Source: Bacilli bacterium (GTDB lineage: Bacteria > Bacillota_I > Bacilli_A > ML615J-28 > CAG-698). From it: DNA of 64,000 nucleotides. The notes below the pieces were generated by a model. The model did not search any database, had not been told where the DNA came from, and saw only the letters and a program-made list of their open reading frames with translations. Where the stretch lies: assembly GCA_017962745.1 (NCBI GenBank), contig JAGCUR010000005.1, positions 7,193 to 71,192 of the forward strand. Reading direction: 5' to 3'. Of the stretch, positions 24,807 through 34,249 are shown piece after piece. The stretch's first letter is position 1, and the number at the start of each line of letters is the position of its first letter. The position numbers and the translations under genes are program-made.

Positions 24807-25848
24807 ATAATCCCCTAATTATTTCAAATGATATGTAACCATATACGGTACTTGCACATAAGTATGTGCCTTTAAATAATATAAACCTCGTGATGTAAAG
24901 GAATGTCTTTCTTCCTTTCATCTTTGCCATCTTGTGTGTATATGCATCGCTTAGGGCTTCAATGTCACTAAAGTCCACATCTGTAATACCCGTATCACTA
25001 ATTGGAAGTGGGTCTAGTTTACATTCTTTTTTACGCAATGCTTTTTGATAGTATTTTAATGTTTTCTTTGATTTACGATTGAAGTCGCTATTTACTTTGT
25101 TTGTTAATTTTTCATTTAAGCTAGCATGAGTTTTAGTGTAACTTGTAAATTCATGACAAACTGCATGATACAAGCCAATAAATAACATACTAGTGATCGC
25201 AATATAAATTCCTACTACTGCTACGATATTTACCCACTTTGAGCTAAATGCAGCTTCTCTAGCTAGTTCTAAGTTTAAATGTAATTCTTTACCAAATAAT
25301 GTGAAGTCTTTTGCAATACCCCATAATTTAGTAAGTCCAAAATACATTACAAGTAGGGCTGCAAGTCCTAAAGGTAAAAAGATATAAGCACCGACTTTAA
25401 TCTTAGCGATATCGTTAGGTCTAACAGCTTCTTTTACATCGCTTACTTTTAAAATAACTTTTGATTTATTTTCTTTGTATTCTTTAATCCAAGCTTTAAT
25501 GGCATTTAGAATTATCTTTTTACGTTTACCAAGTTTAAATTCTTCTGTCCTTAAAACTTCTTTAATCGTTCTAGTTTCTTTTCTTTTAACTTTTACTTTA
25601 AAGTCTTCGATTGAATGAACATTACATTTATCTGCTTTATTAACGCGGAACATGAAAGGATTACCATTAATTGCATGTTCGTGTTCATAAACTACTTCTT
25701 CGTTATATCGTTTAATGATTTGTTCTTTTTGTTCAATGTCTTCATCATTTGCTATACTTTGATTTTCACTATCTACATCATTAATTCTATTTTCATCTTT
25801 TGATGTAGGGTCAAGATCATAAGTTTTAATTTCACGATTCTTACGCAT
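24790..25848 (-). CDS. Membrane protein (cytoplasmic charged N-domain, 2 TM, C-terminal domain), translationally coupled to the coiled-coil gene
   Basis: 352 aa; TM helices IFLPLGLAALLVMYFGL and VNIVAVVGIYIAITSMLFIGLY; its stop overlaps the start of the 1472-aa ORF by 17 nt. Confidence 0.6.
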   Translation of the reverse strand: MRKNREIKTYDLDPTSKDENRINDVDSENQSIANDEDIEQKEQIIKRYNEEVVYEHEHAINGNPFMFRVNKADKCNVHSIEDFKVKVKRKETRTIKEVLRTEEFKLGKRKKIILNAIKAWIKEYKENKSKVILKVSDVKEAVRPNDIAKIKVGAYIFLPLGLAALLVMYFGLTKLWGIAKDFTLFGKELHLNLELAREAAFSSKWVNIVAVVGIYIAITSMLFIGLYHAVCHEFTSYTKTHASLNEKLTNKVNSDFNRKSKKTLKYYQKALRKKECKLDPLPISDTGITDVDFSDIEALSDAYTHKMAKMKGRKTFLYITRFILFKGTYLCASTVYGYISFEIIRGLFGGGI

Positions 25849-25885
25849 ATAATCCTCCTTTCATGAAAATTTCATATTATTTTAA

Positions 25886-26419
25886 TTAGTTTACACCCAA
25901 AGCTAAGATAGCATCAACAATTTCTTTTACTTGCGGTAAAAGATAGAATATTTTACTAGCAACATTGGCGTGATATAGCGATCCTGGGATGTTCAAGAAT
26001 AAAATGTATAGAAGTAATCCGATGATGTATGCATTGACTACACCAAGCACACCACCCACTATACAAGATGTCGCGCTTTTATCTTTCAAGAATGATTTAA
26101 CATCACGTCTTTTAAACGCACCAATTATCAAGTAGAATATTAGTTTTACCATAAAGTAAATAATTAAGCCGACTAGTAGTTTTACCGCTACATCTGGATG
26201 TACCACCAAAAAGATATTTACTACTTTGGCGATAATGTCTTTAATACTGCCAAGCCCGCTTATGATATTTGCTACTATGCTAGTTAGAAATAGGGCCGCA
26301 GCTAAGCCAGCGATACTACTAAGAGTTCTTCTTAGTTGGTTATAGAAGCCAAAATATAGTCCCGATAAGAACATAAAGATGGCAATTATTAATAAAACTA
26401 AATCAAAATTAAAACTCAT
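25886..26419 (-). CDS. CvpA-family-like small membrane protein
   Basis: 177 aa, four predicted TM helices; size and topology resemble CvpA (colicin V production protein family). Weak assignment. Confidence 0.4.
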   Translation of the reverse strand: MSFNFDLVLLIIAIFMFLSGLYFGFYNQLRRTLSSIAGLAAALFLTSIVANIISGLGSIKDIIAKVVNIFLVVHPDVAVKLLVGLIIYFMVKLIFYLIIGAFKRRDVKSFLKDKSATSCIVGGVLGVVNAYIIGLLLYILFLNIPGSLYHANVASKIFYLLPQVKEIVDAILALGVN

Positions 26420-26486
26420 TTTTTATAATAAAGTGCCATTAGTGGCCACTTCCCCTTTTATCTCATTATACTACAAGGCCCCTGAT

Positions 26487-26522
26487 TTTACAAACTAAAA
26501 AAATCACATCCCAAACCGGATA
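26487..26522. terminator. Rho-independent terminator downstream of tsaD (bidirectional A/T tracts)
   Basis: Stem atcacatcc / ggatatgat with a 6-nt loop flanked by AAAAAAA and TTTTTT. Confidence 0.55.
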
Positions 26523-26569
26523 TGATTTTTTTATAAATTTATCTATATTTACTAGTTGATTTTTTCCTA

Positions 26570-27538
26570 TTATGATTGCTGTTTATCACTAGTTAATTTT
26601 TGAAAATAACCAGCTACAGCGATCATTACAGCGTTATCTGTGCAGTATCTAAACTTTGGAAATACTAATTCTACGGAATCCAGTTTCCTAATAGCATCAG
26701 ATAGTCTAGCACGCAGGCCCTTATTAGCAGCTACACCACCCGCTACAATCACTTGTTTTACGTTATATTCTAGCGCGGCTTTAACTGTTTTTTTAACTAA
26801 AACATTGGTTACTGTATCTTGAAATGCATATGATAAAGCGTGGAAATTAACGTCTTCGCCCTTCATATGGCACTTATTTAATAGGTTCAAAACAGCTGAT
26901 TTTACCCCAGAAAAACTGAAATTATAATCATCACTATCATATATTGGTAGGTGATATAAAGGCTCTCTTTTATATTCACAAGCAAGATTATCAACCATTA
27001 CTCCACCAGGATAAGGTAGGCCCATAACGCGGGCGACTTTATCATAAGCTTCCCCAACGGCATCATCCATGGTCTCACCAAGTACGCTAAAGTCATAATG
27101 ATCCCTCATTAAAACAAGCTCAGTATGGCCACCACTTACAACTAATGCTAGTGTAGGAAACTTAAAATCTGCCTCCACATAATTAGCATAAATATGCCCA
27201 TAAATATGATCAACACCGATGCATGGAATACTATTTGCTAAGCTAAATGCATAAGCAGCATTAATCCCTACAAGTAGTGATCCAATTAATCCTGGATGAG
27301 TAGTAACTGCTACTAAGTCGATATCGCTAGCGGTTTTCCCCGCTTGTTTGAATGCTTCATCAAACACGCTAATAATCTTAGCGATATGCTTTCTGCTAGC
27401 AATTTCTGGTACTACTCCCCCATATAATTTATGGATATCTATTTGGCTATATACGACATCAGCTAATATCTTTTTGCCATCTTCTACGATCGCTACAGCT
27501 GTTTCATCGCAACTTGTTTCTACCCCTAAAACAATCAT
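26570..27538 (-). CDS. tsaD: tRNA N6-adenosine threonylcarbamoyltransferase TsaD (Kae1/Gcp)
   Basis: MIVLGVETSCDETAVAIV N-terminus and HxxxH metal site (HIYGHIY); 322 aa. Confidence 0.95.
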   Translation of the reverse strand: MIVLGVETSCDETAVAIVEDGKKILADVVYSQIDIHKLYGGVVPEIASRKHIAKIISVFDEAFKQAGKTASDIDLVAVTTHPGLIGSLLVGINAAYAFSLANSIPCIGVDHIYGHIYANYVEADFKFPTLALVVSGGHTELVLMRDHYDFSVLGETMDDAVGEAYDKVARVMGLPYPGGVMVDNLACEYKREPLYHLPIYDSDDYNFSFSGVKSAVLNLLNKCHMKGEDVNFHALSYAFQDTVTNVLVKKTVKAALEYNVKQVIVAGGVAANKGLRARLSDAIRKLDSVELVFPKFRYCTDNAVMIAVAGYFQKLTSDKQQS

Positions 27539-27984
27539 TTTACATCTCCAAAACTTTTAATTAATACGAGGGCATCTTCCCCGTTATCATAATATCTTTC
27601 ACGTTTATGCGAAAAGACGAATCCATGCTTTTTATATAAATTTCTAGCCACTGCATTTGATTCTCTAACTTCTAAACTCAAGTTATAAACTTTCGATAAC
27701 TCGCATAGCTTAATTGCAAAATCAAGCATCATTTCACCAAATCCAAGGCCACGGTATTCTTCATCCACATAGAAATTTATAATTTCTGAATTATCGTTAA
27801 TCCATAAACCAATATAGCCGTGTACTAATTTATCGATCTCTAAAACCATGTAATGAGCATATGGATTAAATGTTAAGTCGGTATAAATTAAATCATATCC
27901 AAGGGTCGTACCAAAAGCTTTAATTTCACCTTCAATGACATCATTTATATCCTCAACTGTCATCTCTCTTAAATTGTATTTCAT
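27535..27984 (-). CDS. rimI: Ribosomal-protein-alanine N-acetyltransferase (GNAT)
   Basis: GNAT fold motifs (YVDEEYRGLGFG); position between tsaB and tsaD as in the Bacillus ydiCDE operon. Confidence 0.8.
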   Translation of the reverse strand: MKYNLREMTVEDINDVIEGEIKAFGTTLGYDLIYTDLTFNPYAHYMVLEIDKLVHGYIGLWINDNSEIINFYVDEEYRGLGFGEMMLDFAIKLCELSKVYNLSLEVRESNAVARNLYKKHGFVFSHKRERYYDNGEDALVLIKSFGDVK

Positions 27985-28571
27985 TACATACCTTCTCTTA
28001 AATAATTAGGTTCTAGTAAATCGATATTTTCTACTCTTCTTGCAACCTTTTCTACACCGGTTGCATCATAACCAATATGGTCATTACTAATAAATATATC
28101 AACTGAATATTTATTATTATTTTTATCAGCTTCAACCTTTTCTAAGAATACTTCACCTTCAATTTCATCATACCCATTACCATTACATTTAATGATTTTG
28201 TGGTAGACATAATCCTTTTTAGCTTTCATATCAATAGCAATTACTTTGCCATCTTCAGCTAAATATTTTGTAGCCATTAAATCTAAGCTAGATACAATAT
28301 ATAAAGGTAGGTTAAGTGTCCAAGCAAACATCTTAGCTACTGTTAGGGCAACGCGCAGGCCTGTGTATGCTCCCGGCCCTCCTCCACAAATAATTTTATC
28401 GAAGTCTTTAACTTCTAAATTATTTTGTTTTAATCCTTCTTCAATCATTTTAAGTAAGTTATCCGAATGATTATTTTTGCCTGGTGCAATATATTCATAA
28501 ATTAATTTATTATCTTCTAAAAAGCTAACGATTAAGTATTCACTTGATGTATCCATAATCATTATTCGCAT
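27984..28571 (-). CDS. tsaB: tRNA threonylcarbamoyladenosine biosynthesis protein TsaB (YeaZ)
   Basis: Inactive Kae1-like fold (MIMDTSSEYLIVS); 195 aa; operon context. Confidence 0.85.
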   Translation of the reverse strand: MRIMIMDTSSEYLIVSFLEDNKLIYEYIAPGKNNHSDNLLKMIEEGLKQNNLEVKDFDKIICGGGPGAYTGLRVALTVAKMFAWTLNLPLYIVSSLDLMATKYLAEDGKVIAIDMKAKKDYVYHKIIKCNGNGYDEIEGEVFLEKVEADKNNNKYSVDIFISNDHIGYDATGVEKVARRVENIDLLEPNYLREGM

Positions 28572-29008
28572 ATTGCATCCACCACCTTGTCATATTCACT
28601 ATCTTCCCAAGATATAGTTAATTCTCTTTTATCATTTCCTAAATTACTAATAAATATATGGAGGCAACCTTTTGGTAACAAACTTTCAATATAGTGAGAC
28701 CATTCAATTATACTAACTCCACCCATTTCAAAATATTCAGCTAGTTCAAACTCATCATCGTTAGTTCTATATACATCTAGATGATATAAAGTTAGTCTAC
28801 CTTCATATATTTTCATGATGACAAAAGTAGGGCTATTGACAATTCCTTCTACTCCTAACCCTTTAGCGATACCTTTAGTCATAGTAGTCTTACCTGCTCC
28901 TAAATCGCCATCTAGGGCAATTACCATATTAGCTTCTACAACTTTACCGATTCTTTCGCCTAAGTCAATCATTTGTTTAGCATTATTAATATAAATGATC
29001 TTTTCCAT
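28562..29008 (-). CDS. tsaE: tRNA threonylcarbamoyladenosine biosynthesis ATPase TsaE (YjeE)
   Basis: Walker A GDLGAGKTT; 148 aa; operon context. Confidence 0.9.
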   Translation of the reverse strand: MEKIIYINNAKQMIDLGERIGKVVEANMVIALDGDLGAGKTTMTKGIAKGLGVEGIVNSPTFVIMKIYEGRLTLYHLDVYRTNDDEFELAEYFEMGGVSIIEWSHYIESLLPKGCLHIFISNLGNDKRELTISWEDSEYDKVVDAICE

Positions 29009-29077
29009 AACTTGCCTCTAATAATTTCATTTTAAAAGGAACCAAAGTAAATATTAACTTTAGTTCCAAATATTTAC

Positions 29078-30406
29078 TTAATCTAAATCTTTCTTTAGCT
29101 CTTTTGCTAACTGTTCGTAACCTGGTTTACCAAGTAGAGCAAACATATTTTTCTTATATGCTTCTACACCTGGTTGGTTAAATGGATTAATACCTAAAAT
29201 ATAACCACTTATTCCGCAACTTATCATAAAGAAATATAAAAGATATCCAAAGTTTTCTGCGTCTAACTTATCAATTGATATAACAATATTTGGTACCCCA
29301 CCGCTAACATGGGCTAGCTTTGTACCTAGGGTTGCCATATCCTTTACATAGTTAACATCTTTACCTTCTAAATAATTTAAGCCATCTAAGTTTTCTTCAT
29401 CATGACCAACTACGATATTTTTATCTGGATTATCGATGTTAACGATTGTTTCAAACATCGTTCTAGTTCCATCTTGGAAGAACTGGCCAATTGAATGTAA
29501 GTCCGTAGAATAAACAACACTTGCTGGGAATAAGCCTTTACCATCTTTACCTTCGCTTTCCCCGAATAGTTGTTTCCACCATTCGCTTAAATATTTAACT
29601 TTAGGTTCATATGTAACTAAAGCTTCAATCACTTTACCTTTGCGGTATAAGGCGTTTCTTGTTGCCGCATATAAAACTGCTTGGTTATTTAGGGAATCAT
29701 CTTTAGTATAATCATTATATGCTTGATTAATTCCTTTAACTAAAGCTTTAATATCAATGCCACTAGCTGCAATTGGAAGGAGTCCCACTGGAGTTAAGAA
29801 TGAGAATCTTCCCCCTACATCATCAGGTACGATAAATGTTTTATAGCCAGCTTTATTTGCTTCTTGGCGTAAAGCTCCTCTTTTTGCATCAGTTGTAGCG
29901 ATGATTCTAGATGCATAAGCTTTACCATATTTTTTAATTAATAATTCTTTGAATAATCTAAAAGCAATCGCAGGTTCTGTAGTAGTTCCTGATTTAGAAA
30001 TAACATTGATACAAAAATCTTTATCTTCTAAATATTCTAGGGTTTCTTTAATGTAAGTACTAGATAAACTATTACCAACAAAGATAACTTCTAAATCATC
30101 TTTATCTGGATAATATGGTTTTAATGCACTAATTACGGCTTTAGCTCCTAAATAACTTCCACCAATACCAATTACTACTAATACCTTAGCCATCTTCTTG
30201 ATAGCTTTTACAGTATCAATAATATCGCACAATTCTTCTTCAGTATATTTAGATGCAAAATCAATCCATCCTAAGAAGTCATTACCTTCACCAGTTTTTT
30301 CTAAAAGCGTATGAAAAGCTTCTTTTGCAACTGGTGCTAGCGCTTTAATTTCTTGTTCGCTTACAAAATTATAAACGCACTTTAAATCCAAACCAAGTTT
30401 ACTCAT
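29078..30406 (-). CDS. pgi: Glucose-6-phosphate isomerase
   Basis: 442 aa, Firmicute-type PGI (IGIGGSYLG SIS motif, GESEGKDGKGL). Confidence 0.9.
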   Translation of the reverse strand: MSKLGLDLKCVYNFVSEQEIKALAPVAKEAFHTLLEKTGEGNDFLGWIDFASKYTEEELCDIIDTVKAIKKMAKVLVVIGIGGSYLGAKAVISALKPYYPDKDDLEVIFVGNSLSSTYIKETLEYLEDKDFCINVISKSGTTTEPAIAFRLFKELLIKKYGKAYASRIIATTDAKRGALRQEANKAGYKTFIVPDDVGGRFSFLTPVGLLPIAASGIDIKALVKGINQAYNDYTKDDSLNNQAVLYAATRNALYRKGKVIEALVTYEPKVKYLSEWWKQLFGESEGKDGKGLFPASVVYSTDLHSIGQFFQDGTRTMFETIVNIDNPDKNIVVGHDEENLDGLNYLEGKDVNYVKDMATLGTKLAHVSGGVPNIVISIDKLDAENFGYLLYFFMISCGISGYILGINPFNQPGVEAYKKNMFALLGKPGYEQLAKELKKDLD

Positions 30407-30743
30407 TACTTTCTCCCTTTAATTGATCTTGAATAAATTGAGGAAGGTGATCTCTTAGTGTCTTAAAGCCTAGTTGATAATGAGGGATATCACCTTTAAC
30501 TCCACGAGTTTTATTTAAAGACTTATAACTTAGTTTTAGTCTTTTGTTTTCTTCTTCCACTTCTACAACTCTTAGTTTAACTTTTTCACCAATCTTTACA
30601 AAGTCGGATATACTTCTAACATATCCATCACTAAATTCGGAAATATGGATTAATCCGTTATAGTCATCTACCACAACAAATGCGCCATATCCGACGATTT
30701 TTGTAATAATACCGTATACAATATCTCCAGCCTTGATACTCAT
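30399..30743 (-). CDS. S1-domain RNA-binding protein (YugI / general stress protein 13-like)
   Basis: 114 aa single S1 domain (GDIVYGIITKIVGYGAFV); adjacent to pgi as yugI is in B. subtilis. Confidence 0.75.
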   Translation of the reverse strand: MSIKAGDIVYGIITKIVGYGAFVVVDDYNGLIHISEFSDGYVRSISDFVKIGEKVKLRVVEVEEENKRLKLSYKSLNKTRGVKGDIPHYQLGFKTLRDHLPQFIQDQLKGESNE

Positions 30744-31027
30744 TATTCTTCCACCGTTACTGTTTCAACCGCAATAACGCCAGGAACTTCTTCTAATAAT
30801 ATCGCTTCAATCCCATCTTGGATAGTTAGGTCAATGCTCGTACAGCCTACGCATGCGCCAAGCATTTTAACGTAAACTATGCCGTCACTAAACCTAACAA
30901 ACTCCACATCCCCACCATCATGTTGAAGATAGGGGCGGACCTTATTAAGGATAAGCTTTACTTTCTTTTCAATTTCTTCGTTTGTCATTAGTTTTTTACA
31001 GCCTCTCTTAAATAGATTATACATCAA
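30743..31027 (-). CDS. NifU-like Fe-S cluster assembly domain protein (Nfu)
   Basis: CVGC motif within a NifU C-terminal-domain-like fold; the true start is probably the internal Met (MTNEEIEKK), giving about 81 aa. Confidence 0.7.
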   Translation of the reverse strand: MMYNLFKRGCKKLMTNEEIEKKVKLILNKVRPYLQHDGGDVEFVRFSDGIVYVKMLGACVGCTSIDLTIQDGIEAILLEEVPGVIAVETVTVEE

Positions 31028-31107
31028 TTTATAATTGATTACTAGTTAAATAAATTACCAAAATAAAAGACACCATAATGTATATGGTGTCTACAACTAT
31101 TATCATT

Positions 31108-31350
31108 TCATAAATACTTTTTTAATAATTGTTCTATTCTGATAATTATAGTTTTTAAATAGTATTCTTTCCTAGCATTACTCATTATTTCAATGGCATT
31201 ATACTCAGTTGGAATATCATCAATAAGAGATTTAATCTTATCCATATTTTCGTTTATTCTACTATAGACTCTAAATATTGATTCTTTATTATTTTGGCTG
31301 ACTATATCTAATATCTTTGTGATTGGAATTTTTTTTCTCCAGCGCGTCAT
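31108..31350 (-). CDS. Hypothetical small protein
   Basis: 80-aa ORF, weak RBS, no recognisable motifs. Confidence 0.3.
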   Translation of the reverse strand: MTRWRKKIPITKILDIVSQNNKESIFRVYSRINENMDKIKSLIDDIPTEYNAIEIMSNARKEYYLKTIIIRIEQLLKKYL

Positions 31351-31405
31351 GCATACTCGAGGTTTCGATTACTTAATTCACATTTTGAGAAATCAATTAT
31401 CTTCA

Positions 31406-31810
31406 TTATAATGTGTACCTCCTTACGAGTTTTTTCCATTCAGTCTCGCTGATTAAATGGTTAGTGGTTTCCTTTTTTGCTTGAGAATCTATTGCATCAG
31501 CTATATTCATATATAATCCGTAATCACCCAACAAATCTGCTTCTTCAGCCTTATCCACTAAATCTTTCATTGTGTTTGATAATTCAAAATCAATTTGCAC
31601 ATCGTTGTTAATATAATTATATGATCTATTCGCATAAATGTCGTTTAGTATTAAATTAGTTAAATATCGATTGATATTATCAACTTTGCTCAACTTATTC
31701 ATTATTAACTTGTTATCATTTCTAATTCGCAATTTAATAGTCTTATAATTATCGCGAATAAAACTATTAATATATTCTTGTTGATTAAACATTTCCATCA
31801 CCATAATCAT
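31406..31810 (-). CDS. Hypothetical protein
   Basis: 134-aa ORF (likely start MEMFNQ), N/I/Y-rich, no recognisable motifs. Confidence 0.35.
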   Translation of the reverse strand: MIMVMEMFNQQEYINSFIRDNYKTIKLRIRNDNKLIMNKLSKVDNINRYLTNLILNDIYANRSYNYINNDVQIDFELSNTMKDLVDKAEEADLLGDYGLYMNIADAIDSQAKKETTNHLISETEWKKLVRRYTL

Positions 31811-31906
31811 TATAATACATTTGGGGGCAAATGTAAATATTAATTTAAAATAATTTGTTTTTTACGAAAAATAAAAGCGGAATAGTAATTCTACTCCGCT
31901 CAAACT

Positions 31907-33334
31907 CTAATTTTTATTTATTATTGCTCTTGCAATTTTTACGCCATTGGCTCCAGCTTGGGCTAAGCCTCTTGTAATTCCAGCACCATCACCACCTAGA
32001 TATAAATTCTTAATTTGAATTGTTTCAAAATTAGAATTTACTTCTGGTCTATCAGAATAGAATTTAGCTTCTACGCCATAGAATAATGTATGGTCATTAG
32101 CAATACCAGGAGTTACATGTTCAAGCGCTTGAACCATTTCGATTAATGATTTCATTGTATTGTAAGGTAAAATTAAACCAAGATCACCCGCAACAGCTTC
32201 TTTTAAAGTTGGTTTTACGAAGCCTTCGGCGATTCTCTTTTGTGTACTACGTCTACCTTTAATGATGTCACCATATTTTTGCACGATTACTGATCCACCT
32301 GATAATTTATTAGCAAGGTGGGCAATTTGACGAGCATATTCATTTGGATCTTTGAATGGTGAATCAAATGTATGTGAAACTAGTAATGCAAAGTTAGTAT
32401 TTTTACTACCTAGTTTTGGATCATGATATGAATGGCCATTGCATACCATTATACCATCCCAGTTTTCAATAACGACATGACCACTTGGGTTAGAGCAAAA
32501 TGTTCTAACTTGTGTTCCTACACTAGTATTATAAATGAATTTACCTTCGTATAAACTTTCGTTAATTGAATCCATAATGATATCGTTAGTTTCAACTCTA
32601 ACACCAATATCTACATGGTTGTTAGTAAACTTAACACCATATTTAGATAAAGTGTCGCTTAACCACTTCGAGCCACCTCTTCCGATACCTAAAGCTACGT
32701 TATCGGCATAAATGATTTCATCATTATCTAAAATAACACCTTTAACTACATCATCTTCTACAAGTACATCCTTAACATTTGTTTCAAATAAACAATCAAT
32801 ATGTTCTTTTAAAGTCTTATTGATATCAGTTAAGATACTTAAGTTAACTTCAGTTCCTAAATGTCTTACTTCACTTCTAAGAAGTTTTAATCCCGCAGCG
32901 ATTGCTTTTTTTTCAATTTCATATACTTCTTTAGTGTTAGGATTAGTAATTTCTTTTGGTGCACCATGTTTTAAGTTAATGGCATCTACATATTTTATTA
33001 ATTCTAATACTTCATCAGTATCAAGATATTCATCCATCCAACCACCAAATTCATTAGTGATATTGAACTTACCATCAGAGTATGCCCCACTACCACCGAA
33101 TCCACAAGTCATTGAACAAGCAGGTTTACAACCGCTATGTCCTCTTTTATCAACAGGGCATTGCTTAACTTTACCAGCTAGGATTGGACAATTTCTTTTG
33201 CCGATATCGCGTCCACGATCAATCAATAATACTTTTTTCTCCGGAGCTTTGAGCATTAGCTCATAAGCCATATAGATACCCATTGGACCGGCGCCAACTA
33301 TAATAACATCATATTTATTCATATTTTCCTCCAT
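31907..33334 (-). CDS. FAD-dependent oxidoreductase (COG2509-like uncharacterised FAD-dependent dehydrogenase)
   Basis: N-terminal Rossmann motif YDVIIVGAGPMG, Cys-rich insert (CPVDKRGHSGCKPACSMTCG), C-terminal FAD-dependent domain; 475 aa. Confidence 0.7.
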   Translation of the reverse strand: MEENMNKYDVIIVGAGPMGIYMAYELMLKAPEKKVLLIDRGRDIGKRNCPILAGKVKQCPVDKRGHSGCKPACSMTCGFGGSGAYSDGKFNITNEFGGWMDEYLDTDEVLELIKYVDAINLKHGAPKEITNPNTKEVYEIEKKAIAAGLKLLRSEVRHLGTEVNLSILTDINKTLKEHIDCLFETNVKDVLVEDDVVKGVILDNDEIIYADNVALGIGRGGSKWLSDTLSKYGVKFTNNHVDIGVRVETNDIIMDSINESLYEGKFIYNTSVGTQVRTFCSNPSGHVVIENWDGIMVCNGHSYHDPKLGSKNTNFALLVSHTFDSPFKDPNEYARQIAHLANKLSGGSVIVQKYGDIIKGRRSTQKRIAEGFVKPTLKEAVAGDLGLILPYNTMKSLIEMVQALEHVTPGIANDHTLFYGVEAKFYSDRPEVNSNFETIQIKNLYLGGDGAGITRGLAQAGANGVKIARAIINKN

Positions 33335-33384
33335 AATGTTTTTAGAATAGAAAAATGCACCCGATTAGAGGTGCATTAAGCTTA

Positions 33385-34125
33385 CTATTCTTCAGCTTCT
33401 TCATCTAGTTCCACATTATGATAGATATCTTGAACATCATCAATTTCATTTAATGCATCTATAACTCGGTGTAATTGATTAACATGTTTCTCATCTTCAA
33501 ACTTGATATAAGTTTGAGGAATCCATGTTACATGGTCTTCTAAGAAATTAATGTCAGGTTTTGCATCTGTTAATGCATCTCTTGCTTTAGAATAATCTGT
33601 GTTAGGTGCACAAATTGTAACTACACCATCTTCATCTGTTTCATATTCTTGTACATCAACATCAGCCATTAATAATATTTCTAATGCTTCATCTTCACTT
33701 AAGTTATCGAATGCTAATACTGCATAGTTGTGGAATTGATAGCTAACGCTTCCGGCAACACCTAGGTTGAATCCACATCTAGAAAGTGCAGTACGAACTG
33801 ACACTAAAGTACGATTAGTATTATCTGTTAAGCACTCTACGATGATTAAAGATCCAGCAGGGCCGAATCCTTCATATCTAATGCTTTCATAGTTTTCACC
33901 AGTTCCACCTTTAGCTTTTTCGATAGCTTTCTTAATGCATTCAGCAGTAACTTGTTCTTTCTTTGCTCTTTCAATTTCTTTCTTAAGTGCTTGGTTAACG
34001 CTAGGATCAGGTAGTCCACTCTTTGCAGCCATATAGATTAGTTTTGACCATTTGGCATTTAATTTACTTTTAGCAGCAGCAGTTTTGGCCATTGATGCTG
34101 CACGAACTTCATGTGCTCTTCCCAT
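33385..34125 (-). CDS. YebC/PmpR-family transcriptional regulatory protein
   Basis: ESIRYEGFGPAGSLIIVECLTDNTNRT matches the YebC core ([22 protein letters not shown]); 246 aa. Confidence 0.8.
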   Translation of the reverse strand: MGRAHEVRAASMAKTAAAKSKLNAKWSKLIYMAAKSGLPDPSVNQALKKEIERAKKEQVTAECIKKAIEKAKGGTGENYESIRYEGFGPAGSLIIVECLTDNTNRTLVSVRTALSRCGFNLGVAGSVSYQFHNYAVLAFDNLSEDEALEILLMADVDVQEYETDEDGVVTICAPNTDYSKARDALTDAKPDINFLEDHVTWIPQTYIKFEDEKHVNQLHRVIDALNEIDDVQDIYHNVELDEEAEE

Positions 34126-34211
34126 AATTTAACCTTCCTTTATTTGTTTTATTACTTAACCATTATACCACTAGATAGGGTATTTGTAAAATGATTTAAT
34201 GATTTTTATAT

Positions 34212-34244
34212 AAATAAAATAAAGCTAACCTTTTGGTTAGCTTT
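34212..34244 (-). terminator. Rho-independent terminator downstream of the lipoprotein gene
   Basis: Stem aaagctaacc / ggttagcttt with a tttt loop; T-rich tract on the minus strand. Confidence 0.55.
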
Positions 34245-34249
34245 ATAAT

